A DNA stretch of 63,386 bases, filler included, from Octopus bimaculoides (lineage: Eukaryota): NCBI RefSeq assembly GCF_001194135.2. It is 5 parts of 5 records of this genome, joined end to end, with 100 filler letters (N's around TTAATTAATTAA, not from the genome) between each part and the next. Parts side by side here need not be neighbours in the genome. Positions count along the whole stretch, not along the records: positions 1 to 13,997 come from NC_068982.1; positions 14,098 to 32,814 come from NC_069004.1; 3 more parts are not named here. One strand, written 5' to 3'. The notes under the pieces were generated by a model that was not told the DNA's origin, ran no database searches, and was given only the letters and a program-made list of their open reading frames with translations. Shown here piece after piece: positions 10,379-22,649 of this stretch. Both the position numbers and the translations under genes were made by a program. The first letter of the stretch is position 1, and every line of letters begins with the position of its first letter.

Positions 10379-10576
10379 GGATAGTCCCTCCACTGAGTCT
10401 ACCGGAGAATTACGTTGGTAGAATGTTGAATCACAAGCAAATTCAGGTGTAAGTACTTCAATTGAACGAACAACTGAATCCTCTTCGTCCAACAATGAAG
10501 ATCCACTTCTGTGTGCGTGTATATGTACACATGCCTAGACCACAAACACACCACATACACACCACACACACACACG

Positions 10577-10608
<32 letters not shown>

Positions 10609-10656
10609 TTCACTCTNNNNNNNNNNCACACACACACACACACACACATTCACTCT

Positions 10657-10687
<31 letters not shown>

Positions 10688-10798
10688 ACATACACACACA
10701 AATTAGTAGCTTCAATTCTCTGGAAGCACTAGATTCGATGTGGTGTAATATAAAGTGATTGGCTCCTTGTTTCTCTGGAATTGGTCCAATAATGTAGA

Positions 10799-10842
10799 TA
10801 CCTCTGATGAGGACCTAATAAGGACCAAAAATCGATTAAGTG
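10799..10842 (+). ncRNA. decayed hammerhead-like motif
   Basis: CTGATGA-GGACC-TAATAA-GGACC-AAAA-ATCGATT. Two substitutions (GGTCC, GAAA) would restore it. Helix III is palindromic AATCGATT. Confidence 0.3.
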
Positions 10843-10859
10843 GAAGAAGGGTTTGTAAA

Positions 10860-11077
10860 ATAATCTTTTCTACTAAAGGTACAAGGCCTGAAATTTTAGG
10901 GGAGGGGACTAATCGATTACATCGACCCAGTGTTTCATTGATATTTAATTTATCGACCTCGAAAGGATGACAGGCAAAATCGACCTCAGTGGCATTTGAA
11001 CTCAGAACGTAAAGACAGACGAAATGCTGCTAAACATTTCGCCCGGCGTGCTAACGATTCTGCCAGCTCACCGCCTT
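10860..11077 (-). mobile_element. SINE family A, full length
   Basis: Minus-strand head AAGGCGGTGAGCTGGCAGAATCGTTAGCACGCC, B box, central domain, and AGGCCTTGTACC tail. Confidence 0.9.
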
Positions 11078-11198
11078 AGAGGCTATAAAATAATAAAGGT
11101 TGTGGCTCCTAGCTCTGTTATGCTCCTCTAGACAGGAGGACCGGATCATCTAGATGCAGCTATATGCCCTTAATGATTTATATGGCTGGTTTGTATTC

Positions 11199-11249
<51 letters not shown>

Positions 11250-11849
11250 GGCGACCTTTCCATAGGTGGGAATATCTAGTTCTCTGGTGCTGTCTGTTTT
11301 AACGCGTTATTTCTCGAGACAGCACATTCGTGGTATTGGATGCTTTAGATCAACTCACATTGCATACAACGGCGAATAGAAGTATTGTACAGTCACTCGA
11401 GAGAATACAAGAATAGAAACTAGAGTAGATTTTTGTTGTATAATTCGAGTTACAGCTCTCTGAAACAAAAACAATAACAAAAGCAGCAACTACAACAACA
11501 GAAGTAGCAACAACAATACTACCAAGAACAGCAGCAGTAGTAAGAACAAAGAAACAACAATAACTGAACTAAATAGAAACTGACGAGAATTTAGTTTGGG
11601 TTAAGTGAAACAACGTCTCCAGAGAATTGCTTCGAAATATGAACTCTGGATGTTAGTAAAGTGTTTCTGTATAGCTTCGTAACGGATGGTGAGAGTGATG
11701 ATTATGATGGTGTTTGTAACAGTGATAGAAGTGATTATGGGAGCGTTAATGGTGATGATGGATGCTTGTAAAAATAAAGAGAAGGAAAAAAAAAAGGAAA
11801 AGAAAAATGATGATAATCGTATTAATATTGTCTAGTAATAGTTTGACAG

Positions 11850-11967
11850 AATACACAATGGCTGGTTGATATGAATGGGAATCTTAAGTTTATGAATGAA
11901 TCATTGAGATTGTGGTTTGAGAGAGAAACATGTGTTTGTGCGCCATATCGCAAGCGGGAAGTACCTG
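11850..11967 (+). CDS. candidate internal coding exon (118 nt, phase 0 to phase 1), product unknown
   Basis: Acceptor TTTGACAG| and consensus donor CCTG|GTGAGT. Only one frame is open: NTQWLVDMNGNLKFMNESLRLWFERETCVCAPYRKREVP. The sequence is non-repetitive. Confidence 0.4.
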
Positions 11968-12680
11968 GTGAGTCAATACGGCGACCCAGTTTCGCTTCTT
12001 GGTTTTCGATTTCCATTCTACTTCGTTTATGCCGCTTAATGCCTTTAGGGAAATATTAATGTGTAAGAAAAGAGGGGGGAGAGGGAGAGAACAGAACGAA
12101 AGAGTGTTCCGATATGATGAAGTTCTGAAGAAGAAATAGTTGGTAAAAAGAATAAAATAGCATACAGATTTGGAAAGTCTGGCTCAGAAGAGGTAACACG
12201 AAGGGCATCCAGATTAAAACTTTTGGTTCCTTCATTTTTATGTCCAGCTGAATTATAAACCCCAATGCTCAGTGTTCAGGGTAAAAAAAAATATATATTT
12301 GCATTTGCATTTGGGACGAAAAATACAAAAACGGCTTGCAACCAGTTCGTAGCAAAAATATCTAATATGGCTACAAGAAAAAACAAAACAAAAACAAAGA
12401 AAACTTCTTCGCAAGCTGAGTTGCTATGAAAATATTTTACCTGCTGTAAGGTATTCTTCTATTCTCTTTTCTCTTTTCTCAATTGCTAAATAGTTAACGA
12501 TTTAAGATAAAGAAGAAAAAAACACGAAATGAAATATTTCTTTAAACTGTGAATTAATTCGTCTCTTTTTAAGAAATCTTTCATTATGAAACTTGTTGAA
12601 TTTAGCTTAGTTAATTTATTTTGAGTTATACCGTGTTGAAGATTCCCAAAAGAAGGATGAAATAGACTATACACGGCTAA

Positions 12681-12735
12681 CATCAGTTAAAAGATAAATT
12701 TTAAAAACATCAGTTAAAAGATAAATTTTAAAAAC
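12681..12735. repeat. 27-bp tandem duplication
   Basis: CATCAGTTAAAAGATAAATTTTAAAAA x2. Confidence 0.9.
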
Positions 12736-12858
12736 TCTTGTATGTAAAAAATGAAAAACTGAAAGAAAAAATAGGGATTCAGAACTAAAATTTAAATATA
12801 CATATTCTTCAATGTAACGGAATATAACCTCGATGAGATTCTCTGTCCTTTGAATGTA

Positions 12859-12980
12859 GCGAACGCGTAAATCAAGCTTGGACAGAAGACAGACAAGAAC
12901 ACGTCTTCCTTGTCCAAGTTTGATTTACGCGTTCTGCCCAAGCTTTACGCGTCCTGTCCAAGCTTGATTTACGCGTTCGC
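12859..12980. mobile_element. small foldback element/MITE, CpG-rich
   Basis: Perfect 27-bp IR GCGAACGCGTAAATCAAGCTTGGACAG (12859-12885 / 12954-12980). A third partial copy lies at about 12911-12934. TSD is unclear (TA / CA). Confidence 0.75.
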
Positions 12981-13415
12981 CACCACAACCTCGTTTAGGC
13001 TTAGCAGCCCTTCCTGTTTGTTTTCACTGTCCTGTTTGTTTTACCAATTTTGACCTTTCGCAAAATCCCAAATTTTATTTAATTTGCTTTGCGAGAGCAA
13101 CTGTTTTATCGAAAGCGTATATTGTTGTTAAATGCTCGAAATACGGGAGTAGAAAAACAGCCAACAACTTATAAAGGGCCATTCTTTATGTTGTTTATCT
13201 TGTTTTCCATTTGTGTCTTTCGTTGTTCGAAAAAATAGTTCATGTTCCATGTACACGTGATTCGTATTTTTTTTTTTTTTGTACACGTTTCATGACGTCC
13301 TGTGCCCACATATGCATATACATACGTATAGATGTAAGTATGTACATATACGTATGTATATATTATTTATATTATTATATGATTGAACGCCACGCATCCT
13401 CTTCCAAGTAAGTTT

Positions 13416-13483
<68 letters not shown>

Positions 13484-13738
13484 AGGTGATAAAACCTGCA
13501 GGAGCAGTACAGATGGAATTGTATGAGGAAAAAAAGTTGTTTCACCAACTGAGACGTTTGTTCATGATATATATGTATGTGTGTGTGTATTGTGTAAATA
13601 TATCATTAAAAAGCAAATTTACTGTAGTATGCTTATGGATATGCTGTGTTTACAATAAGTATGATACATAGATAGCTATTTTAATTTAATACCGCTTCTA
13701 TTGTCTATAACGTATATATGTGTGCTTGTGTATTGTGC

Positions 13739-13786
<48 letters not shown>

Positions 13787-14041
13787 TTATGCATGCATGC
13801 ATGTACGAAGCTTGTTCTCCGATGACAAAGAAAAAAGGAAAATCATGTCATGTGTCCACGATTAGAGAAAATTCTTGTGTTTGTGAAAAGAATGACTGAG
13901 AACTGCTTACTGGTTTCGATAAACAGGCGTGATTGTTGAACTAATACTAAGTAAAGTGTTTTCTCCTTGAATTAGAGATAAGGAGTTCGCTTTGCAANNN
14001 NNNNNNNNNNNNNNNNNNNNNNNNNNNNNNNNNNNNNNNNN

Positions 14042-14053
14042 TTAATTAATTAA
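14042..14053. other. assembly spacer TTAATTAATTAA inside a 100-bp gap
   Basis: 44 N + TTAATTAATTAA + 44 N. It has stop codons in all six frames. Confidence 0.95.
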
Positions 14054-14329
14054 NNNNNNNNNNNNNNNNNNNNNNNNNNNNNNNNNNNNNNNNNNNNATA
14101 TATATATATATATATATATACACATACGTATATACAAGTTGCTTTTCAGAAGTCTCCCTACTTTTCCAGGAGAGACGTTTATAAATTCCAAAGAAGTACA
14201 AAGCTCTAATCTCTTTTAAAGTAGGATTCTTTGACTTCAGTGCAGTTGGTGCAGCGCCCCATACAGATCCTCTATATTGAAGATGTCTAGGACAATCGTC
14301 ACAAGTTCCTTCGTCTTCTCAATGCCTTG

Positions 14330-14480
14330 AAAATGACTTTGCCTGTGGTTCTCCTCATACATGTCAGCTTTGATTTAAAAGATTTAAAGATGGCGATTTT
14401 AACGTACCAGATTCGCCTCACTCGGGGAGACGGCCCACTCTGAATGACGACCTTTTTAATGCGAACTTCAGGCAACAAGG
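14330..14480 (+). pseudogene. mariner transposase N-terminal (HTH) relic
   Basis: TCQL*FKRFKDGDFNVPDSPHSGRRPTLNDD resembles the mariner motif TCQRWF.RF..GDF..ED.PRSGRP. Confidence 0.55.
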
Positions 14481-14596
14481 ATTGGATTGTACTGAACATG
14501 AAAACGCTTAGATGCCCATCTCAGTTAAGTACTTGATCACTTAGTGAACAAATTTTCCCCAAATTTTGCGCATGTTGAGATCTTCAATTTTCATAT

Positions 14597-14753
14597 ATAC
14601 AACGGTCTTCATTGAGTTTCCGTCCACCAAATCCACTCACAAGGCTTTCGTCGGCCACAGGCTATAGTAGAAAACACTTGCCTAAGGTTCCACGCAGTGG
14701 GACTGAACCCGGAACCATGTGGTTGGGAAATAAGCTTGTTTCCGCGCAGTCAC
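14597..14753 (-). mobile_element. SINE family B 5' half (CORE-like)
   Basis: Minus strand: CCCAACCACATGGTTCCGGGTTCAGTCCCACTGCGTGGAACCTTAGGCAAGTGTTTTCTACTATAGCC. Confidence 0.85.
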
Positions 14754-14889
14754 GTGAGGGGTTTCCATACAACCCTCTCTTACCAAATTCACTCATAATG
14801 CGTTGGTCTCGTGAAATAACGATTTTATTCGCACAGCCATCCTGTCATCACCACAAACACTATTAGCGCTGCTGTCGCCATTACTACGA

Positions 14890-15200
14890 ACATCACCACC
14901 ACCACCACCACCACCACCACCACTACTTTTTCAATCACTATTCCTATCAGCACTACCTCCACCGCCATCAACAATAATAATACCATCACACACATCATCA
15001 ACAACACCGTTGTTACTGTTGCTACCGCCGCCATCAACACCAGCACCATCATCACCAGTAGCAACAGCAGCAGCATCAACAAGATGAAAAGCACTACCAA
15101 ACATCAGCACCGTCACCACCAACACCACCACCACAACCACCGTCACTACCACCTTCATCATCATCATCATCATCAACAACAACAACAACAACAACAACGA
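14890..15200. repeat. degenerate (CAC)n/(CAT)n/(CAA)n microsatellite field
   Basis: Directly visible. Confidence 0.9.
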
Positions 15201-16385
15201 TAACACGATAAAAACAAAACATCATGATTAACTTACAATTATGAAGAGGAGGATTCGTCAGCCATGTTGGCTAACATTTGACCGAGGGTCTTAAACAAGA
15301 AACGAAAGAGCAACAACAACAGACACAACAAACAGCAAAAACAAAATTTAGCAGACGAGACGCTGTGCCACGTGACCGTACGAAAATAGCAGACAGACGA
15401 CCTATCACGTGAAGAAGTTAANNNNNNNNNNNNNNNNNNNNNNNNNNNNNNNNNNNNNNNNNNNNNNNNNNNNNNNNNNNNNNNNNNNNNNNNNNNNNNN
15501 NNNNNNNNNNNNNNNNNNNNNNNNNNNNNNNNNNNNNNNNNNNNNNNNNNNNNNNNNNNNNNNNNNNNNNNNNNNNNNNNNNNNNNNNNNNNNNNNNNNN
15601 NNNNNNNNNNNNNNNNNNNNNNNNNNNNNNNNNNNNNNNNNNNNNNNNNNNNNNNNNNNNNNNNNNNNNNNNNNNNNNNNNNNNNNNNNNNNNNNNNNNN
15701 NNNNNNNNNNNNNNNNNNNNNNNNNNNNNNNNNNNNNNNNNNNNNNNNNNNNNNNNNNNNNNNNNNNNNNNNNNNNNNNNNNNNNNNNNNNNNNNNNNNN
15801 NNNNNNNNNNNNNNNNNNNNNNNNNNNNNNNNNNNNNNNNNNNNNNNNNNNNNNNNNNNNNNNNNNNNNNNNNNNNNNNNNNNNNNNNNNNNNNNNNNNN
15901 NNNNNNNNNNNNNNNNNNNNNNNNNNNNNNNNNNNNNNNNNNNNNNNNNNNNNNNNNNNNNNNNNNNNNNNNNNNNNNNNNNNNNNNNNNNNNNNNNNNN
16001 NNNNNNNNNNNNNNNNNNNNNNNNNNNNNNNNNNNNNNNNNNNNNNNNNNNNNNNNNNNNNNNNNNNNNNNNNNNNNNNNNNNNNNNNNNNNNNNNNNNN
16101 NNNNNNNNNNNNNNNNNNNNNNNNNNNNNNNNNNNNNNNNNNNNNNNNNNNNNNNNNNNNNNNNNNNNNNNNNNNNNNNNNNNNNNNNNNNNNNNNNNNN
16201 NNNNNNNNNNNNNNNNNNNNNNNNNNNNNNNNNNNNNNNNNNNNNNNNNNNNNNNNNNNNNNNNNNNNNNNNNNNNNNNNNNNNNNNNNNNNNNNNNNNN
16301 NNNNNNNNNNNNNNNNNNNNNNNNNNNNNNNNNNNNNNNNNNNNNNNNNNNNNNNNNNNNNNNNNNNNNNNNNNNNNNNNNNNNN

Positions 16386-16421
<36 letters not shown>

Positions 16422-16511
16422 TGTATGTATATATACATGTATGTAATGATATATATATAAATATATATAACTGAAACTTAAAGCAGAAATATCTATGTAT
16501 CTATCTATCTA

Positions 16512-16564
<53 letters not shown>

Positions 16565-16681
16565 ATCTGTGTATATGTCTCTCTCTCATTCTCTCTGCCT
16601 TTCTCTAATGTAACCACATGTAAATCGTTGGCGATTTTTTTCCTCCGTCTTCCTTTTCTATTGGACTTTCCTCTGTCTCCT

Positions 16682-16716
16682 GTTTCTGATGAAGAACTTT
16701 GATCGAAACGTAAAAC
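16682..16716 (+). ncRNA. minimal type-I hammerhead ribozyme-like motif (Penelope-like element type)
   Basis: GTTT-CTGATGA-A-GAAC-TTT-GATC-GAAA-C-GTA-AAAC. Helix I is GUUU/AAAC, the core is intact, helix II is 3/4 paired, helix III is palindromic ACGU, and the triplet is GUA (predicted cleavage after 16712). Confidence 0.65.
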
Positions 16717-16823
16717 CACCTTTCTTTCTTTGCCCGAGCGTCTGCTAACACTTTACATGTACCATGTCCTCGCGGTACCGAGGCTTAGGAAAACTGAACG
16801 ACCGATGCAATAAACGTGTCAAT

Positions 16824-16860
16824 CTCAGAAGGGCTGGAGGGTATATCAGCCGAAACATTG
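16824..16860 (+). ncRNA. decayed hammerhead-like motif
   Basis: CTCAGAAG-GGCTG-GAGGGTATAT-CAGCC-GAAAC. Helix II is a perfect 5 bp followed by GAAAC, but CUGANGA is damaged. Confidence 0.3.
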
Positions 16861-18054
16861 TTTTAACAACGAACAAAATGAGGACAAATATCCGTCAAAA
16901 GTGAATAATGTAAATAATGTAAATAATGTACATAATTCCTCATTTCTTAAATATAGAACTGTGTAGTGAAGGTGTTGCTATTGGAGGTGTTGTTGGAGGT
17001 GATAGCGGTGGATGCGTTAGTGGTGGTAGCGGTNNNNNNNNNNNNNNNNNNNNNNNNNNNNNNNNNNNNNNNNNNNNNNNNNNNNNNNNNNNNNNNNNNN
17101 NNNNNNNNNNNNNNNNNNNNNNNNNNNNNNNNNNNNNNNNNNNNNNNNNNNNNNNNNNNNNNNNNNNNNNNNNNNNNNNNNNNNNNNNNNNNNNNNNNNN
17201 NNNNNNNNNNNNNNNNNNNNNNNNNNNNNNNNNNNNNNNNNNNNNNNNNNNNNNNNNNNNNNNNNNNNNNNNNNNNNNNNNNNNNNNNNNNNNNNNNNNN
17301 NNNNNNNNNNNNNNNNNNNNNNNNNNNNNNNNNNNNNNNNNNNNNNNNNNNNNNNNNNNCGACGGCGATGGCGGTGGCACTCGTCGCGGTAGTAACATTA
17401 GTGGTTGAGGTGGTGGTGGCTGTGGTGGTGGTGGTGGTGGTGGTGGCTGTGGTGGTGGTGATGGTGGTGGTTGAGGTGGTGTGACCGTCGTCATTATAGT
17501 CGTTTGTCTCTTGTTATTGCAAAAGTAGAGAAAACAGCGAAAAATGGTAAAACGTGGCAAAATCTTGAAAGGAACGGAGAGAAAAGATCTTATGTAGAAG
17601 GAATATTCCATTAGAGAAAATTGGAAAGTAGCTTGTGTGAAAAATAATCAATATTTATATTTCCATCTTTCAATCATAGAAAATCTTTTATTTTGATTAA
17701 AAGCCAAACGATAAAATCATAGTCGAACCAGAAGAATTTTGAAGAATTATGAAGAATTTCTGCCTCTGTTTGTTTTTGGTGCTTGTTTTACGTAATATTC
17801 TAAAGTTTGTCATGGATTTTTAATTCTTCTTTGTCTTTTGAGTTTTCTTCGTGTTGTTCTTGTTCCTTTTCTTCGTCTTCTTCCTTTCCGTTTTCAGGAC
17901 AACTGTTATGTCTTGATATAACATGGTATACAACTGCTCTCTCTCTCTCTTTCTCTCTCTTTCTTTTACTCTTTCTCTCCCTCCCTCCCTCTCCACGTGT
18001 TTCTCTCGCTAAATATATATAGATACATGCGTGAGTGTTTATGTATTCAGAAGT

Positions 18055-18123
<69 letters not shown>

Positions 18124-18744
18124 CAGACATACAGACAGTGAGACAGACAGATATATATGGATATATATACACACACGCGCATACACATGCACGCCCACAC
18201 ACACATACACACACATACACACACACACACAAGTAAATAGCCAGACAGCTAGTTAAAGAAATAGATGAATAATAGATCTCTAGCAGCTTAGATTTTTATT
18301 TTTCTGGCTAACTGAAAAATAGTAATAAATCTTATCTGACGAGTAACACTCATCTCGAAACAGTGGTGTAAATAGATTTCTCATTTATATTTGTGTTTCT
18401 TTCAGAGTACAATATGTTGTTGCAACATCATCTCAATCTCCACCACTTCTACTTTCAAATAAATAAATAAATGTAGAGTTACTTACATTAAGTTTCGTGG
18501 AGTCAGCATTACGCTGTCTGTTATATACAGAAAATATATTCAATTTAATTTGCTAAGTGGTCGATTAACGTATTATGTAAAAATCAAGGTGGCTGTTAAT
18601 GTTATATCAAGCAAGACTACTACTATTTATATATAATGAATTAGATTCAAATATATACGGGTTGCTTAAATGTAGAGATAGATCTCTTCAGATGAAGGAA
18701 AAAGATTCCGAAAGAGATCTGTAAAAAAGATATGTAGTTATTAT

Positions 18745-19015
18745 TCCCGGACCGGGCTGCGTGTTGTGTTCTTGAGCAAGACTCTTTATTTCACGTATCT
18801 CCATTTCACTCCTCTTTAATAATGAGTTGCAACGTCATTGATGCCAAGCTGTATCTGCCTTTGTCTTTTCCTTGGATAACATCGGTGGTGTAGAGAAGAG
18901 AGGCTGGTATGCATGGCAACTGCTGGTCTTCTATGAACAACCTTGCTCAGACTTGTGTCTCGGAGTGTAACTCTCTAACTGCAATCCCATGGCCATTCAT
19001 GACCGAAGGGGTTCC
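18745..19015 (+). mobile_element. SINE family C, 5'-truncated
   Basis: TTGTGTTCTTGAGCAAGAC CORE-like motif, GCAACTGCTGGTCTTC, and 3' CCCATGGCCATTCATGACCGAAGGGG, as in 40437-40782. Confidence 0.85.
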
Positions 19016-19691
19016 TTAACCTTTGCCATTTAGGAAACGACAGAATATTTCCTCGTCTTCTAATCTAATAACTAAGATTTTCAAATATATAACTCTAAAA
19101 GTTTCTACATTAAGCCAACCGCAAGCTGTCAGAATCTTTAGCTCGTCGGACAAAATGGAAGAGAGAAATCAAATTTGTCCAGGAAATTGTTCCCCTGAAA
19201 TATGGCAACCGAAGAAATTTAGACTGTTTAATCGGACTTACGTGTCTTAAATTATATAACCGCCCTTTGATTTATCATGTTTATGTGTATATACATACAT
19301 ATATACATGTGTATGTGTATGTATGTATATATCTATATATATATATATATATATATATATCTNNNNNNNNNNNNNNNNNNNNNNNNNNNNNNNNNNNNNN
19401 NNNNNNNNNNNNNNNNNNNNNNNNNNNNNNNNNNNNNNNNNNNNNNNNNNNNNNNNNNNNNNNNNNNNNNNNNNNNNNNNNNNNNNNNNNNNNNNNNNNN
19501 NNNNNNNNNNNNNNNNNNNTGTATATATATTTAGGCAACTCTGTATGTGCACATATTTGTATATGTATATACACACACATATATACATACGCATACGTAC
19601 ATGCATACATACCTACATACATACATATGGGTGCGTTTGTGTGTGTGTATTGTGTGTGCGCGTGTGTGCGCGTGTGTATACATGTATATGA

Positions 19692-19845
19692 GACGAGCTG
19701 CAGAATTATTAACACGTTGGGCAAAATAAAATACTTAACGATATTTTTTCCGGCTCTTTACGTCCTGAGTTCAAATCCTGCGATAGTCAACGTTCCTTTC
19801 ACGCCTTCAGCGTCGACGAATTAAATGTACTAGTCAAGTACGACC
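19692..19845 (+). mobile_element. degenerate SINE family A copy
   Basis: CGAGCTGCAGAATTATTAACAC head and GAGTTCAAATCC B box. Confidence 0.6.
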
Positions 19846-20825
19846 GTCGGTGACACATTGAAAGAATTTTTGTTTTGTTTTTAGTATAGAAAAATATACA
19901 TGCAAATCAGCACGAATACTCATAAACCGAGAAGCAAATATTGTATGGGTCCATCTTTATGCCATGCTTTTCAAAATAAGAAATAAAAACAAACGCACCA
20001 AAGAAGGTCTTCATTTATCCGCGATGGCAACTGTGACGAAACCATGTTCAATGAGTCGGTCAATGTGTGTTCCACGGCATCAGATTAGGCGTATGAAAGC
20101 TTCTGTCTAGTTTTTAATGCCAACAAGTAACGAAAATAACACGTGTACCTGTTTTATGTCTTAAGAACATGTGAGCTTTGTGAAACGGTTATGAATAGCA
20201 TCTTATTATAGTGTTTTCAAAATCGGAACAAAAGAGAAGAATTGGTTAATTCTTGGAAATGCTTCCGTCGATACGATTTGTTGAATTACTCTAACAACTG
20301 GAGGAAAAGAATCTTTTTTCATACTCGATACGACAGTTGTTTAATTAAAAGCAAACAAGGAGAACATTCAGTTATTCATCAACACTAAAATTTCTTTTCT
20401 TTTGTGTGTTTTACACGTATGATACTGAATATGCAAATGTATTACGTTTTGCCATAGAACAATACGAATACATAACATGCTCGGGTAGGTGAATGGATGG
20501 CGCATCTTGTAAAGTTTATGGCAATTTTCAATGACTAATATCATATCGATGTGTTTATGAATTATTTTTTGCCTCTTTACTGTCATGGCGCTTTCCTACT
20601 TCAATCATTTGAATAATCCATAACGGGAAACTCATATTCGTGATTCAATAGCTTTTAACTTCTAATATAATATACAATATACCTACTGTATAGATATTAC
20701 GTTTGGAGTCATTTTTAATTTCGCTTTCGTTTCGTAAATATAAGAATTCACCTGTCCACAAACACACATAAAGACGCCCACACAGAGTAATTCATTCTCG
20801 CACATACACTTATGCACATCTAACT

Positions 20826-20826
20826 A

Positions 20827-20921
<95 letters not shown>

Positions 20922-20923
20922 CT

Positions 20924-20972
<49 letters not shown>
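20826..20972. repeat. (TATC)n microsatellite
   Basis: Directly visible. Confidence 0.95.
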
Positions 20973-21083
20973 NNNNNNNNNNTTTCCTTCCTTCCCCCTC
21001 CCAAAAAGAAAAGCTCTACATTGTATTTGTCCCATCTTCGTTGAGCCCTGTGTGGCTAATAAAAGAAATGTATCATCTGTATG

Positions 21084-21126
<43 letters not shown>

Positions 21127-22386
21127 GTGTCTCTGCGTGTGAGTTTGAGTATGTATATATTTATATATATGTATATATGTATATGTACGTGTATATATTA
21201 TACATACTTACACGTACACACACGAATACACACATACGCACACATACATATATAGATACATGTTGGCACACATGCATTTACAAGCCTACATAGATTTATG
21301 TGAAGAAGTATGTATATATGTATAACACATACACACACACACACATATATATGTATGTATGTATGATGTTTATATGTATGATATACATCGTATCTGCTTG
21401 CCTCGAATATTTTAATAAATATTCGGTTGATATCTTCTTGTGTTCCTGAATCTAATGGAATGATTTGAATATCGTTGTTACGTGGAGATCTGATGTGATG
21501 GTAAGTTGTTTACTTGCTATCCATTAGTAATATACCAATCCGATACGATATGTCAGCTTAACCTATTTCCAGAGCGTCTTCTTTGCTCCTGTAATGTTCA
21601 GCTGTCGTTCGTCTCAATTGTTTATATCGAATTTGTCACATCTATTCATTTGATAGTCTGATAGATACTGCTGTGTCAAAGTGTTTAAGACTGGAGTATC
21701 TGCTGCGATATTTGTGGAAACAATATTTTATATATTATATATATATATATATATATNNNNNNNNNNNNNNNNNNNNNNNNNNNNNNNNNNNNNNNNNNNN
21801 NNNNNNNNNNNNNNNNNNNNNNNNNNNNNNNNNNNNNNNNNNNNNNNNNNNNNNNNNNNNNNNNNNNNNNNNNNNNNNNNNNNNNNNNNNNNNNNNNNNN
21901 NNNNNNNNNNNNNNNNNNNNNNNNNNNNNNNNNNNNNNNNNNNNNNNNNNNNNNNNNNNNNNNNNNNNNNNNNNNNNNNNNNNNNNNNNNNNNNNNNNNN
22001 NNNNNNNNNNNNNNNNNNNNNNNNNNNNNNNNNNNNNNNNNNNNNNNNNNNNNNNNNNNNNNNNNNNNNNNNNNNNNNNNNNNNNNNNNNNNNNNNNNNN
22101 NNNNNNNNNNNNNNNNNNNNNNNNNNNNNNNNNNNNNNNNNNNNNNNNNNNNNNNNNNNNNNNNNNNNNNNNNNNNNNNNNNNNNNNNNNNNNNNNNNNN
22201 NNNNNNNNNNNNNNNNNNNNNNNNNNNNNNNNNNNNNNNNNNNNNNNNNNNNNNNNNNNNNNNNNNNNNNNNNNNNNNNNNNNNNNNNNNNNNNNNNNNN
22301 NNNNNNNNNNNNNNNNNNNNNNNNNNNNNNNNNNNNNNNNNNNNNNNNNNNNNNNNNNNNNNNNNNNNNNNNNNNNNNNNNNNNNN

Positions 22387-22515
22387 AAATTGAGTACCAG
22401 TTGCGTACTGGTGTGTCGATGACATAACCATCAGCTGAATACTAGAGTTGGTATGATCGGCTTGCCTCCCCCCACGAAAGTCTGAAGGCTTGTGCCTGTC
22501 GTAGAAAAAACTTAT
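22387..22515 (+). mobile_element. SINE family A 3' part (5' lost in gap)
   Basis: GAGTACCAGTTGCGTACTGG...GGCTTGTGCCTGTCGTAGAAA. Confidence 0.6.
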
Positions 22516-22556
22516 TAGTAGTAGTATTAATAATAGCAACAGCGACAGAAATAGTG

Positions 22557-22649
<93 letters not shown>

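Noticed and set aside
17898-17925. 28-nt micro-exon candidate (GQLLCLDITW), phase-compatible with 11850-11967
   Set aside because: The pyrimidine tract is part of a low-complexity stretch and the donor GTATAC is weak. No independent support.
18336-18368. CTGACGA...CTCGAAACAGTG hammerhead-like string
   Set aside because: Helix II is not in register and the cleavage position is G rather than H.
18680-18720. 8-bp stem + CAGATGA + GGAA/TTCC helix + GAAA (type-III hammerhead-like)
   Set aside because: Helix I is entirely absent and the invariant U4 is changed. More simply an imperfect inverted repeat.
19900-20620. Unique-looking segment, possible transposase or exon
   Set aside because: All frames are interrupted by stops. 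The only hint (CDETMF) is too short to assign.
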